From Acetofilamentum sp. (GTDB taxonomy: Bacteria > Hydrothermota > 32-111): a stretch of 64,000 bases of DNA. The stretch is from the NCBI GenBank assembly GCA_020721805.1, contig DYMB01000001.1, positions 243,149 through 307,148 on the forward strand, written 5' to 3'. This document shows, piece after piece, positions 36,941 through 44,286 of this stretch. The notes under the pieces are model-generated. The model was not told the origin of the DNA, made no database searches, and saw only the letters and a program-made list of their open reading frames with translations. The position numbers and the translations under genes were made by a program. Every line of letters starts with the position of its first letter. Positions within the stretch are counted from its first letter, which is position 1.

Positions 36941-37112
36941 ATCCCCGCCAATACCGTGTGGATTATTTGCTTGAGCCCTTAAAATAAGGGGGGTATCGTT
37001 TAGACACTTTCACACCAATTCCCAAAAAGGGAATTTTGCTGATAGTGCCATCAGATTCCCAAAACTCAAATGTTGGTTCAGCAAATTATACCATCACGAA
37101 TACAGCAGGGAT
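36941..37112 (-). ncRNA. ssrS: 6S RNA
   Basis: About 172 nt between zapA and rny. The 5' end ATCCCTGCTG..TTCGTG..ATTTGCTGAACC pairs with the 3' end GGGCTCAAGCAAAT..CACACGG..GGCGGGGAT, giving a long rod with a central bubble in the canonical zapA-ssrS position. Confidence 0.85.
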
Positions 37113-37119
37113 ATATAAA

Positions 37120-37386
37120 CTATTCTATTTTATCTAAAATTTTATTCAGTTTATTCTCAATCTCTTCATATTTTTTTTGCAGAGTAAAATATTTGTCTAT
37201 TATATTCAAAGATGCTATCACAACGATTTTTTCATATTTCTGTCCTGTATTCTCTTTTGCTATATTTTTTATTTCCTCATTTAAAAAATCTGCAACCTTT
37301 TTGGTATATTCTTCATCGACATCAGTTTTTATGAAAAAATCTTTACCAAAAATATTTAAAGTTATTTCTTTCTGGTCATTCCCCAT
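37120..37386 (-). CDS. zapA: Cell division protein ZapA
   Basis: ITLNIFGKDF...EEY...VA..LNE...VIASLNI plus a C-terminal coil; upstream of 6S RNA. Confidence 0.88.
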   Translation of the reverse strand: MGNDQKEITLNIFGKDFFIKTDVDEEYTKKVADFLNEEIKNIAKENTGQKYEKIVVIASLNIIDKYFTLQKKYEEIENKLNKILDKIE

Positions 37387-37404
37387 AGTTTATATTCCCT
37401 GTCT

Positions 37405-37587
37405 TCAAAGATCCTCGATTTTTTTCAAAATCTCTTCAAGTTTTTTGATAGCTTCTTTTTCACTCGTTTCTTTTTCTTTTAATTTTTCATTTAAAAGATT
37501 CTTTTCCTTTTCAAGTTCTTTTATCCTTAAATTTGATTTTTCTATATATTCACTCAGTTTTTCAATCTTTTCAAGAAAATTGTTCAT
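37405..37587 (-). CDS. Small coiled-coil protein (ZapB-like by position)
   Basis: 60 aa, heptad-rich, immediately upstream of zapA, with a GGAG SD. Confidence 0.65.
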   Translation of the reverse strand: MNNFLEKIEKLSEYIEKSNLRIKELEKEKNLLNEKLKEKETSEKEAIKKLEEILKKIEDL

Positions 37588-37604
37588 ACATACTCCATTC
37601 TATT

Positions 37605-37632
37605 ATCTTAAAGTATTTTCACCTCTTGTCAA
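37605..37632 (-). promoter_or_regulatory. Internal sigma70-type promoter for zapB-like/zapA/6S/rny
   Basis: Minus strand TTGACA (37632-27), 16 bp, TAAGAT (37610-05). Confidence 0.6.
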
Positions 37633-38305
37633 CATTTAAATTTTCTCTTAATTTTTTAGGAATGTTTTCATTTGTTATCAAAATTTCCTTCTCTGTTGTA
37701 AATAGAGAGGATGCCCCTTTATTCCCATATCCTGAAACGGTCAATCTATAATCATCTAGTTTTATTCTAAGAGAGTTAAAAATGGGAATTTCAGAACAAT
37801 AATATATTGAATCGTTGTTCACTTTTACTGGAAATACTATATAGTTGTCATTGTTTAGATTAAACGATCTCCAGTTTGTCGAATCGACATGATTTATCCA
37901 TATCATTATATTGGATATAGGTGAATCGAAAATAAAATTTCCACCGGGATTTACAAATTTGAGCGGTGTCTCACTGTTATATTGAACTTTAAAAGTATCT
38001 ATTAGATAATTATCCTTTATATTATGGAATGTTTTTATCTTTAAAGTTTCCTGTGAAGTTATATAATCTGTTTCAAGTGAAAAACCATCGGATTTTAGAT
38101 CAAGAAGCAAAAATCTTACATGGAATGAGTCGTAAGGAATAGAATCCTTAACATATTCAACAAACTGCCCTGTGGACAATGGTAATGGGTTAAAAATCCT
38201 AACCTGATTTTTTTTATCTATGCAATTTATAAAAAGCAGCAAAAATAAAAGATAACTAAACCGATTTAGCGATCTTAACAAGTTCTTTAAAAATATCTGG
38301 TTCAT
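37619..38305 (-). CDS. Hypothetical probable lipoprotein (start uncertain, overlaps rplT)
   Basis: Hydrophobic stretch YLLFLLLFIN-C resembles a lipobox; beta-rich mature domain; fills the gap between rplT and the zapB-like gene. Confidence 0.55.
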   Translation of the reverse strand: MNQIFLKNLLRSLNRFSYLLFLLLFINCIDKKNQVRIFNPLPLSTGQFVEYVKDSIPYDSFHVRFLLLDLKSDGFSLETDYITSQETLKIKTFHNIKDNYLIDTFKVQYNSETPLKFVNPGGNFIFDSPISNIMIWINHVDSTNWRSFNLNNDNYIVFPVKVNNDSIYYCSEIPIFNSLRIKLDDYRLTVSGYGNKGASSLFTTEKEILITNENIPKKLRENLNVDKR

Positions 38306-38606
38306 GTATAGCCATCTCTGATAACTGTTTTCTATCAAGAAATATGTTAGATTTTTTCAATCCATTTATAAATTTTGAATATGATATATTGTTATTTCTG
38401 CAAGCTATATTGATCCTTGTTATCCATAATGATCTTGTTTCAGATTTTTTCTTTTTTCTATCCCTGTATGCATAGACCAGAGCTTTTGTTGCTGCAGATC
38501 TTGCTGATTTATATGCGTTTGATTTTTTACCGAAGGAACCTGAACTTCTTTTAATCCATTTTTTTCTTTTTTCTCTAGTTATCTGTGAATTCTTGACTCT
38601 TGTCAT
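38256..38606 (-). CDS. rplT: 50S ribosomal protein L20
   Basis: MTRVK, YAYRDRK.KK..R.LWI.RIN, SYSKFI.GL, LDRK.LSEMA. Confidence 0.97.
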   Translation of the reverse strand: MTRVKNSQITREKRKKWIKRSSGSFGKKSNAYKSARSAATKALVYAYRDRKKKKSETRSLWITRINIACRNNNISYSKFINGLKKSNIFLDRKQLSEMAIHEPDIFKELVKIAKSV

Positions 38607-38622
38607 CTCTTCCTCCTATGAA

Positions 38623-38817
38623 TTAATTGTGCAATACCATCTTTATAGATTTAACATTGGTTTTATCGACAGTGGTCCCCCTTCTTAATTTTCTTTTTCT
38701 TTTTGAAGTTTTTTTGGTTAATATATGGGACTTATAGGCTCTCTGTCTTTTTATTTTTCCCTTTTTTGTCAATTTAAATCTTTTGGCTACCGTCTTCTTT
38801 GTTTTCAATTTTGGCAT
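38623..38817 (-). CDS. rpmI: 50S ribosomal protein L35
   Basis: SD AGGAGG; MPKLKT...AKRFK.T..GK....A.KSH.L.KK..KRKR.LR. Confidence 0.97.
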   Translation of the reverse strand: MPKLKTKKTVAKRFKLTKKGKIKRQRAYKSHILTKKTSKRKRKLRRGTTVDKTNVKSIKMVLHN

Positions 38818-39364
38818 TTGTTTCCTCCTGGTTTTTCTTTTTCTTTTGTCCATCCTTTATGAAAGAAAACATCTGAAAAATTCTTCTTCCTTCAATTTTG
38901 GGTTCACTTTCTGGTATAGCGATATCTGATACCATCTTCTTTACCTTTTCAAGTATTTTTGTTCCATCATCTATATGTTGCATTTCTCTACCTCTGAACT
39001 TAACAACGAATCTGACTTTATATTTTTTTTCAAAAAATTTTTTTGCCTGATTGATCTTTATTTCAAGATCATGTTCAAAAATTGAAGGCCTGAATTGAAT
39101 CTCCTTGACCTCAATCTGGTGTAGGTTTTTCTTTGCGTTCTTTTCTTTTTTAGTCAACTCATAGATATATTTCCCAAAATCCATTATTCTTACAACAGGG
39201 GGATTGGCGTTTGGAGCCACCTCTACAAGATCAAGGGATGATTCTTCCGCTTTTTTTAAAGCTTCAGAGATTGGGAGTACGCCAAGTGGTTCTCCATTCT
39301 CTCCTATCAATCTTACCTCTTTTGACTTTATCTGATTGTTTACCCTTACATTCTTTGTATTGAT
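38774..39364 (-). CDS. infC: Translation initiation factor IF-3, non-canonical ATC start
   Basis: N..I...[44 protein letters not shown] lies 5 nt before ATC at 39364, with no in-frame ATG nearby. Confidence 0.93.
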   Translation of the reverse strand: MNTKNVRVNNQIKSKEVRLIGENGEPLGVLPISEALKKAEESSLDLVEVAPNANPPVVRIMDFGKYIYELTKKEKNAKKNLHQIEVKEIQFRPSIFEHDLEIKINQAKKFFEKKYKVRFVVKFRGREMQHIDDGTKILEKVKKMVSDIAIPESEPKIEGRRIFQMFSFIKDGQKKKKNQEETNAKIENKEDGSQKI

Positions 39365-39377
39365 ACATACCTCCTTT

Positions 39378-39473
39378 AAAAAAATAAAAGGTGGCAAAAC
39401 CACCCTTCTTTAATTTTCATTTTTAGCCTCTTTGCTAACGCTTAAGGCGAGAAGCGGTGTTTTGCTTCTTCTT
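39378..39473 (-). promoter_or_regulatory. L20 ribosomal protein leader / attenuator upstream of infC-rpmI-rplT
   Basis: Minus strand AGAAGC-AAAACACC-GCTTCTCGCCT...AGGC...AGAAGGGTGG-TTTTG-CCACCTTTTATTTTTTT. This matches the layout of the L20 leader, with alternative pairings and a U-tailed terminator. Confidence 0.75.
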
Positions 39474-41414
39474 TTATAGGTTTTCATAGAAAAGTTTCAA
39501 AAACTCTTCTATACTCTTTTTTCCAACATCACCTTTACCTTTTATCCTAACGCTAACTTTATTTTCATCACTCTCTTTTTTACCTACTATAAGCATAAAA
39601 GGTATATTTTCCTCTTCACATCTTTTTATCTTATTGTTTATCTTTTCGTTTCCATCGTCGATTTTATATCTTATATTCTTTTCATAAAATATTTTACCTA
39701 TATTGTTTGCATAGTCAACAGAATTGTTTGAAATCGTTAAAATAGCTATTTGTACGGGTGAAAGCCATAATGGAAATTTGCCAGCATAATTTTCGATCAA
39801 ACCACCTATAAACCTTTCAAGTGAACCCAACAATGCTCTATGTATCATATAAACATAATGCTCTTTGTTGTCTTTATCAACAAAAGTTACATTGAACCTT
39901 CTTGGAAGGTTAAAATCGAACTGTATAGTTGGTCCCTGCCATTTTCTTCCAATTGCATCTTCAAGTTTTATATCTATTTTTGGTCCGTAGAATACAGCTT
40001 CTCCAGGCATCTCTTTAAATTCAATTCCCTTTTTAAAAAGTATATCTTTTAAACTGTTTTGGGCAAACTCCCATTCTTCTAAAGTACCAGCGTATTTATC
40101 TTTAAAATTGATATCCATCGTTGATAGTTCGACATCAAACTTCTTATAACCAAATTTTTGAATCATAAAAACTGCAAAATCGTATACTTTCTCAATTTCA
40201 TCTTTCAACTGTTGGGGTGTGCAGAATATATGGCCATCATCCTGTGTAAATCCTCTTACTCTTAACAATCCATGTAATGTGCCACTTCTTTCATACCTGT
40301 AGACAGTTCCAAGTTCAGCAAATTTAACTGGAAGATCTTTGTATGAATGTAACTTTGTCTGATAAAGAAGTATATGCAATGGACAATTCATAGGTTTTAA
40401 AACATATTCCTCATCATCTATCTTAAAAATATACATATTCTCCTTGTAAAAATCATAATGCCCAGATGTTTTCCAGAGGTTTGCTTTTGAAATATGTGGA
40501 GTTATAACAAGTTTGTAACCTCTTTTTAAATGTTCATCTTTCCAGAACCTTTCTATTATATCCCTTATGATTCCTCCATTTATGTTCCAGAAAACAAGCC
40601 CAGGACCTGATTGATCGAATATGTTGTAAATGTTTAACTTTTTGCCCAGAATTCTATGATCCCTTTTTGATGCTTCTTCTATTTTGATCAAATGGTTTTC
40701 AAGCATGCTTTTTTCTGGGAAGGATATACCATATATTCTTGTTAGCATCTCTTTCTTTTCATCCCCTCTCCAGTATGCACCAGCAGAGGAGAGTAGTTTG
40801 AAATGTTTTATATAGCCTGTTGATGGGAGATGTGGGCCTCTACATAGATCAACGAATCTATAATCGAACCTCTTTGAATAGTTTTCATAATAGGTTAAAT
40901 TTTCAGATTCTATATTCTCCACAAGTTCAACTTTAAATTTTTCACCCAGTTCTTTATACTTTTTTAAAAGTTCTTCTTTTTTTATTTCAACCCTTTTGAA
41001 TTGAATATTTTCTTGAACAAGTTTTGCCATTATATCTTCTATCTTTGCAATTTCGTTTTCTGAAAATTTGTAATCTATAAATTCAAAATCATAATAGAAT
41101 CCAGATTCTATTGAAGGTCCTATAGCAAGTTTCACATATTTATCATCACCTTTAATTTCTTTTATAAAAATTTTTACAGCCATAGCGAGAAGATGAGATG
41201 TTGAATGCCAGAAAATCTCTCTACCTTTTTGTAAATAAAAATCAACCAGTGTTATGATGGAAGAATCTTCAATCTCTCTAGAAAGATCGAATAAAAAATT
41301 ATTCTTCTCAAAAGCGAAAAAATTCTCTGCTGAAAAATCTTTTGAATCTTTTAAATAATCCAGACAGGAATATCCTTTTTTATAATCGAAATCTTTACCG
41401 TTAATTTTTATCAT
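39474..41414 (-). CDS. thrS: Threonine--tRNA ligase
   Basis: HSTSHLLA, GFYYDF, DLCRGPH, RDHR.LG, KPMNCP, GLLRVRGFTQDD.H, FYGPKID, IHRA..GS.ERF. Start moved to ATG 41414 because the ORF extension overlaps tRNA-Val. Confidence 0.97.
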   Translation of the reverse strand: MIKINGKDFDYKKGYSCLDYLKDSKDFSAENFFAFEKNNFLFDLSREIEDSSIITLVDFYLQKGREIFWHSTSHLLAMAVKIFIKEIKGDDKYVKLAIGPSIESGFYYDFEFIDYKFSENEIAKIEDIMAKLVQENIQFKRVEIKKEELLKKYKELGEKFKVELVENIESENLTYYENYSKRFDYRFVDLCRGPHLPSTGYIKHFKLLSSAGAYWRGDEKKEMLTRIYGISFPEKSMLENHLIKIEEASKRDHRILGKKLNIYNIFDQSGPGLVFWNINGGIIRDIIERFWKDEHLKRGYKLVITPHISKANLWKTSGHYDFYKENMYIFKIDDEEYVLKPMNCPLHILLYQTKLHSYKDLPVKFAELGTVYRYERSGTLHGLLRVRGFTQDDGHIFCTPQQLKDEIEKVYDFAVFMIQKFGYKKFDVELSTMDINFKDKYAGTLEEWEFAQNSLKDILFKKGIEFKEMPGEAVFYGPKIDIKLEDAIGRKWQGPTIQFDFNLPRRFNVTFVDKDNKEHYVYMIHRALLGSLERFIGGLIENYAGKFPLWLSPVQIAILTISNNSVDYANNIGKIFYEKNIRYKIDDGNEKINNKIKRCEEENIPFMLIVGKKESDENKVSVRIKGKGDVGKKSIEEFLKLFYENL

Positions 41415-41428
41415 ACAATTTATAACAT

Positions 41429-41502
41429 TGGGCGGTACTGGAGTCGAACCAGTGACCTCTTGCATGTCAAGCAAGCACTCTGACCATCTGAGCTAACCGC
41501 CC
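41429..41502 (-). tRNA. tRNA-Val(GAC), CCA not encoded
   Basis: Reverse complement GGGCGGTTAGCTCAG...CTTGC-TTGACAT-GCAAG...GGTTCGACTCC..ACCGCCC-A. Confidence 0.96.
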
Positions 41503-41504
41503 CT

Positions 41505-41576
41505 CGTCTCCAACGGGAGTTGAACCCGTGTCGCAGCCTTGAAAGAGCTGTGTCCTAACCACTGGACGATGGAGAC
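41505..41576 (-). tRNA. tRNA-Glu(TTC), CCA not encoded
   Basis: Reverse complement GTCTCCATCGTCCAGTGGTTAGGACA-CAGCT-CTTTCAA-GGCTG...GGTTCAACTCC..TGGAGAC-G. Confidence 0.96.
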
Positions 41577-41577
41577 A

Positions 41578-42069
41578 TTATTTGTTTTTATGTGTTTTAA
41601 AATATATATTTCTAAAAACTTCGTTTTCCAGAAGAGCATCGTTTATTAAAAACCAGTTTTCAACTTCTCTGTTTGTACTTGCTATCCTCTCAGCGAGAAC
41701 CTCTGAAAGATTTAAGAAAAGTTTTGCTGCAATTTTACTGGAACCGTTTACAAGTTCTTCAATATTATCTCTTGAGATAACATAAAGATCCAGAATCGTA
41801 TTTGAAAGAACATTTGCTGACCTATATTCACCTCTTAAAATTCCCATCTCTCCAAAAAAATCACCTCTGCTTAGTGTTGCAAGATGAATTTTTTTACCTT
41901 TTCTTTCAATGAAAATTTCAACCTCACCATTTTGAATCAAAAAAAGTTCATTACCCCTATCTCCCTCTTTAAAGATAAAAACATTTGGTTGAAATCTTCT
42001 TATTTTCATAAAGGAAAGAAACCGGTCAATTTCATCTTTTTCAAAATTTGTAAAGAGCCTTGATTGCAT
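41578..42069 (-). CDS. Stand-alone cyclic nucleotide-binding (cNMP) domain protein, no HTH
   Basis: IFKEGD.G.ELFLI..GEV, phosphate-binding cassette FFGEMGIL....RSANV; SD AGGAG. Confidence 0.9.
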   Translation of the reverse strand: MQSRLFTNFEKDEIDRFLSFMKIRRFQPNVFIFKEGDRGNELFLIQNGEVEIFIERKGKKIHLATLSRGDFFGEMGILRGEYRSANVLSNTILDLYVISRDNIEELVNGSSKIAAKLFLNLSEVLAERIASTNREVENWFLINDALLENEVFRNIYFKTHKNK

Positions 42070-42091
42070 AAAAATCTCCTTAGATATAGTT

Positions 42092-42164
42092 TGAGCCGTA
42101 CTGGATTCGAACCAGTGACCCCCTGCTTAAAAGGCAGATGCTCTACCTACTGAGCTAACGGCCC
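42092..42164 (-). tRNA. tRNA-Lys(TTT), CCA not encoded
   Basis: Reverse complement GGGCCGTTAGCTCAGTAGGTAGAGCA-TCTGC-CTTTTAA-GCAGG...GGTTCGAATCC..ACGGCTC-A. Confidence 0.96.
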
Positions 42165-42184
42165 AAAAAATTTTAGGAAAAATT

Positions 42185-42212
42185 ATTATATAAATTATTT
42201 TAAAATTGTCAA
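42185..42212 (-). promoter_or_regulatory. sigma70-type promoter for the tRNA-Lys...thrS operon
   Basis: Minus strand TTGACA, 16 bp, TATAAT (perfect hexamers). Confidence 0.85.
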
Positions 42213-42436
42213 TAGAAATTTTTTCATTTCATATTTTTTTCTACACCATATTATAAGGATAATATTAATAATTATAAAAAATGAAACATTATTTAAGTAT
42301 ATCTTTTTTTAAGAGTTAAGAGTTAAAACTTTTAAATAACAATTTCACCTATATTTCTTATAAAAATTTTTTGACAAAGATATGTTGATTTTTTCGCTAC
42401 TTAGAAAAATTAAAAGTTTTTTTTGAAAAAAATCTC

Positions 42437-42464
42437 TTGACAAAAATAAAAAAAAGAATATATT
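42437..42464 (+). promoter_or_regulatory. sigma70-type promoter for the candidate sRNA
   Basis: TTGACA (42437-42), 16 bp, TATATT (42459-64). Confidence 0.65.
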
Positions 42465-42470
42465 GTTCTA

Positions 42471-42531
42471 AATACCAATCTCATATTCCCTCCCTAACCG
42501 GTTGGCCTCGCTTCCAACCGGGTTTTTTTTT
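42471..42531 (+). ncRNA. Candidate ~60-nt small RNA with a C-rich anti-SD seed and an intrinsic terminator
   Basis: Own promoter; single-stranded CAUAUUCCCUCCCU; stem CCGGTTGG-8nt-CCAACCGG followed by G and T9; no plus-strand ORF. Confidence 0.55.
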
Positions 42532-42571
42532 ATGGTGAGATATGATCGTAATAAACTTATAAGTTCTATAC

Positions 42572-42599
42572 TTGACAACTAATGAAATATTGTTATAAT
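42572..42599 (+). promoter_or_regulatory. sigma70-type promoter (extended -10) for the yceD-rpmF-plsX-fab operon
   Basis: TTGACA, 16 bp, TG-n-TATAAT; ATG 42609 lies 9 nt downstream. Confidence 0.85.
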
Positions 42600-42608
42600 A
42601 AAAAACTT

Positions 42609-43049
42609 ATGATAGAGATAAATGTATTATCTTTACCTGTTGGAATTTCAGAACAGAAGTTTCAATGGGTAATAAGAAAAGATGAATATGATTTTTTTAA
42701 TGAGGATGTTTACATAAATGGATTTTTTCATATAAACAATATTCATGGCAGACAGATAGAATTTAATGGAAAAATAGAGTTTGAAATTCAACTTGTCTGC
42801 GATAGGTGTTTGAAAAAGTTTAAAAAAAAAATTGAGGAGAATGTCATTTTTATATTAAAAAAAGATTATATAGGAGATGATATCGATATTATAAGTTTTA
42901 ACGATTTTTATTGCAATATAACTGATTTTGTAAAGGATCTGGTTATAACATCACTACCAATTAAGGTTCTTTGTGATGAAAACTGTAAAGGAATCTGTCC
43001 TGGATGTGGTGTTAACCTGAATGAAGAAAAGTGTAAATGTAATCTTTAG
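42609..43049 (+). CDS. yceD: YceD/DUF177 family protein
   Basis: CDRCL and P.K.LC...CKGICPGCG.NLN...C.C; directly upstream of rpmF. The start at 42582 lies inside the promoter, so 42609 is preferred. Confidence 0.92.
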   Translation: MIEINVLSLPVGISEQKFQWVIRKDEYDFFNEDVYINGFFHINNIHGRQIEFNGKIEFEIQLVCDRCLKKFKKKIEENVIFILKKDYIGDDIDIISFNDFYCNITDFVKDLVITSLPIKVLCDENCKGICPGCGVNLNEEKCKCNL

Positions 43050-43057
43050 GAGGAAAA

Positions 43058-43243
43058 ATGTCTGTTCCAAAAAGAAGAAATTCAAGAACAAGAGGTAGAA
43101 AGAGAAGAACACACTGGAAACTTTTTAAACCATCTCTTACGGTTTGTTCACACTGTGGAGCTTTAACAAGAGCACATGCAGTGTGTCCTTCCTGTGGTTA
43201 TTATAAAGGGAAAGAATTTATAACTATTAAAAAAGAGGTATAA
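43058..43243 (+). CDS. rpmF: 50S ribosomal protein L32 (zinc-binding form)
   Basis: MSVPKRR.S..R...RR.H, CSHC...H.VCPSCGYY. Confidence 0.97.
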   Translation: MSVPKRRNSRTRGRKRRTHWKLFKPSLTVCSHCGALTRAHAVCPSCGYYKGKEFITIKKEV

Positions 43244-44286
43244 TGAGAATAGTTCTTGATGCTATGGGAGGAGATGTTGGAATAAGTGTAAACATGGCTG
43301 GTGCATACATAGCATCAAAGAGATTGGAAAAGAGTGATACTATAATTTTTGTTGGTGATAAAGATAAAATATATAATCTACTAAAACAAAAATATGAAGA
43401 TTTTCCCATAAAATATGAGATAGTTGGTTCAGAGAATGATATATCTATGGATGATTCTCCAACATGGGCTCTACTCAACAGAGAAGATTCTTCAGTCTCA
43501 AAGGGTCTTGATATTATAGGTAAAAAAGAAGCGGATGCTTTCTTTTCACCAGGAAATACTGGTGTTGTGCTAGCCTTTACATTAAAAAAGGTTGGAAGGA
43601 TAAAGGGTGTGATAAGACCAGCCCTTGGATTCACTTTTCCTATTGGAAAACATCCATTGATTCTAGATCTTGGTGCTACACCTGATCCCAAACCAGAAAA
43701 TCTTTATCAGTTTGCTTTGATCGGAAAAGAATATATGAAGATTATGAGAAACATCAAAGATCCTTTGGTTGGTTTATTGTCCATAGGAGAGGAAGATTCC
43801 AAAGGTTCGGTAATATATCAAAAAGCTTTTGAACTTATACAGAATGATAAATCTATAAACTTTTATGGTAACATAGAAGGTGGTGATTTTTTTACCGATA
43901 AGGTGGATATCATAGTTACCGATGGTTTTACAGGTAATATAATATTAAAGTTTGCTGAGGGTATGATCCACTGGGTTAAAGATAATTTAAAAAATTCTTT
44001 AAGACCTTTTCCTTTGGCACTCACAGGTCTTATTTTATCCTCTCCGGGAATTTTAGGTTTACCTTTCTTTTATTTTTCAATAAAAAAATTTTTAAGGAAA
44101 GCCAGTTATGATGAATATGGAGGAGCACCTCTTCTTGGAGTTAATGGGGTTGTTCTTATAGGACATGGTAAATCGAATCCAAAAGCTGTTGCGAGCGGTA
44201 TTTTAAATGCAAAGTATATTGCATCAGGAAAACTTGTTGAAAATTTAAAAGAAGTTTTTGAAAGGAGTAATAGTGAAGAAGATTAA
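43243..44286 (+). CDS. plsX: Phosphate acyltransferase PlsX
   Basis: LDAMGGD, GNTG, RPAL, LDLGA, GEE..KG, GNIEG, TDGFTGN..LK..EG, GGAPLLGV, HGKS. Confidence 0.95.
   Translation: MRIVLDAMGGDVGISVNMAGAYIASKRLEKSDTIIFVGDKDKIYNLLKQKYEDFPIKYEIVGSENDISMDDSPTWALLNREDSSVSKGLDIIGKKEADAFFSPGNTGVVLAFTLKKVGRIKGVIRPALGFTFPIGKHPLILDLGATPDPKPENLYQFALIGKEYMKIMRNIKDPLVGLLSIGEEDSKGSVIYQKAFELIQNDKSINFYGNIEGGDFFTDKVDIIVTDGFTGNIILKFAEGMIHWVKDNLKNSLRPFPLALTGLILSSPGILGLPFFYFSIKKFLRKASYDEYGGAPLLGVNGVVLIGHGKSNPKAVASGILNAKYIASGKLVENLKEVFERSNSEED

Noticed and set aside
37070-37639. 189-aa hydrophobic ORF (+) and similar long antisense ORFs (26581-27042, 35964-36461, 43227-43691)
   Set aside because: Phe/Ser/Leu-rich mirrors of Lys/Glu-rich or conserved genes on the other strand, with no SD or motifs.
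41415-41474. N-terminal extension of ThrS in the ORF track; T-box leader
   Set aside because: The extension overlaps tRNA-Val, and only 14 nt separate the tRNA from thrS, leaving no room for a T-box.
41430-42120. Shared GGTCACTGGTTCGA.TCCAGTAC in tRNA-Val and tRNA-Lys as att sites around the cNMP gene
   Set aside because: Both copies are T-arms of complete tRNAs, and there is no integrase.
42371-42400. Extra TTGACA in the large intergenic region
   Set aside because: No acceptable -10 hexamer at 16-18 bp.
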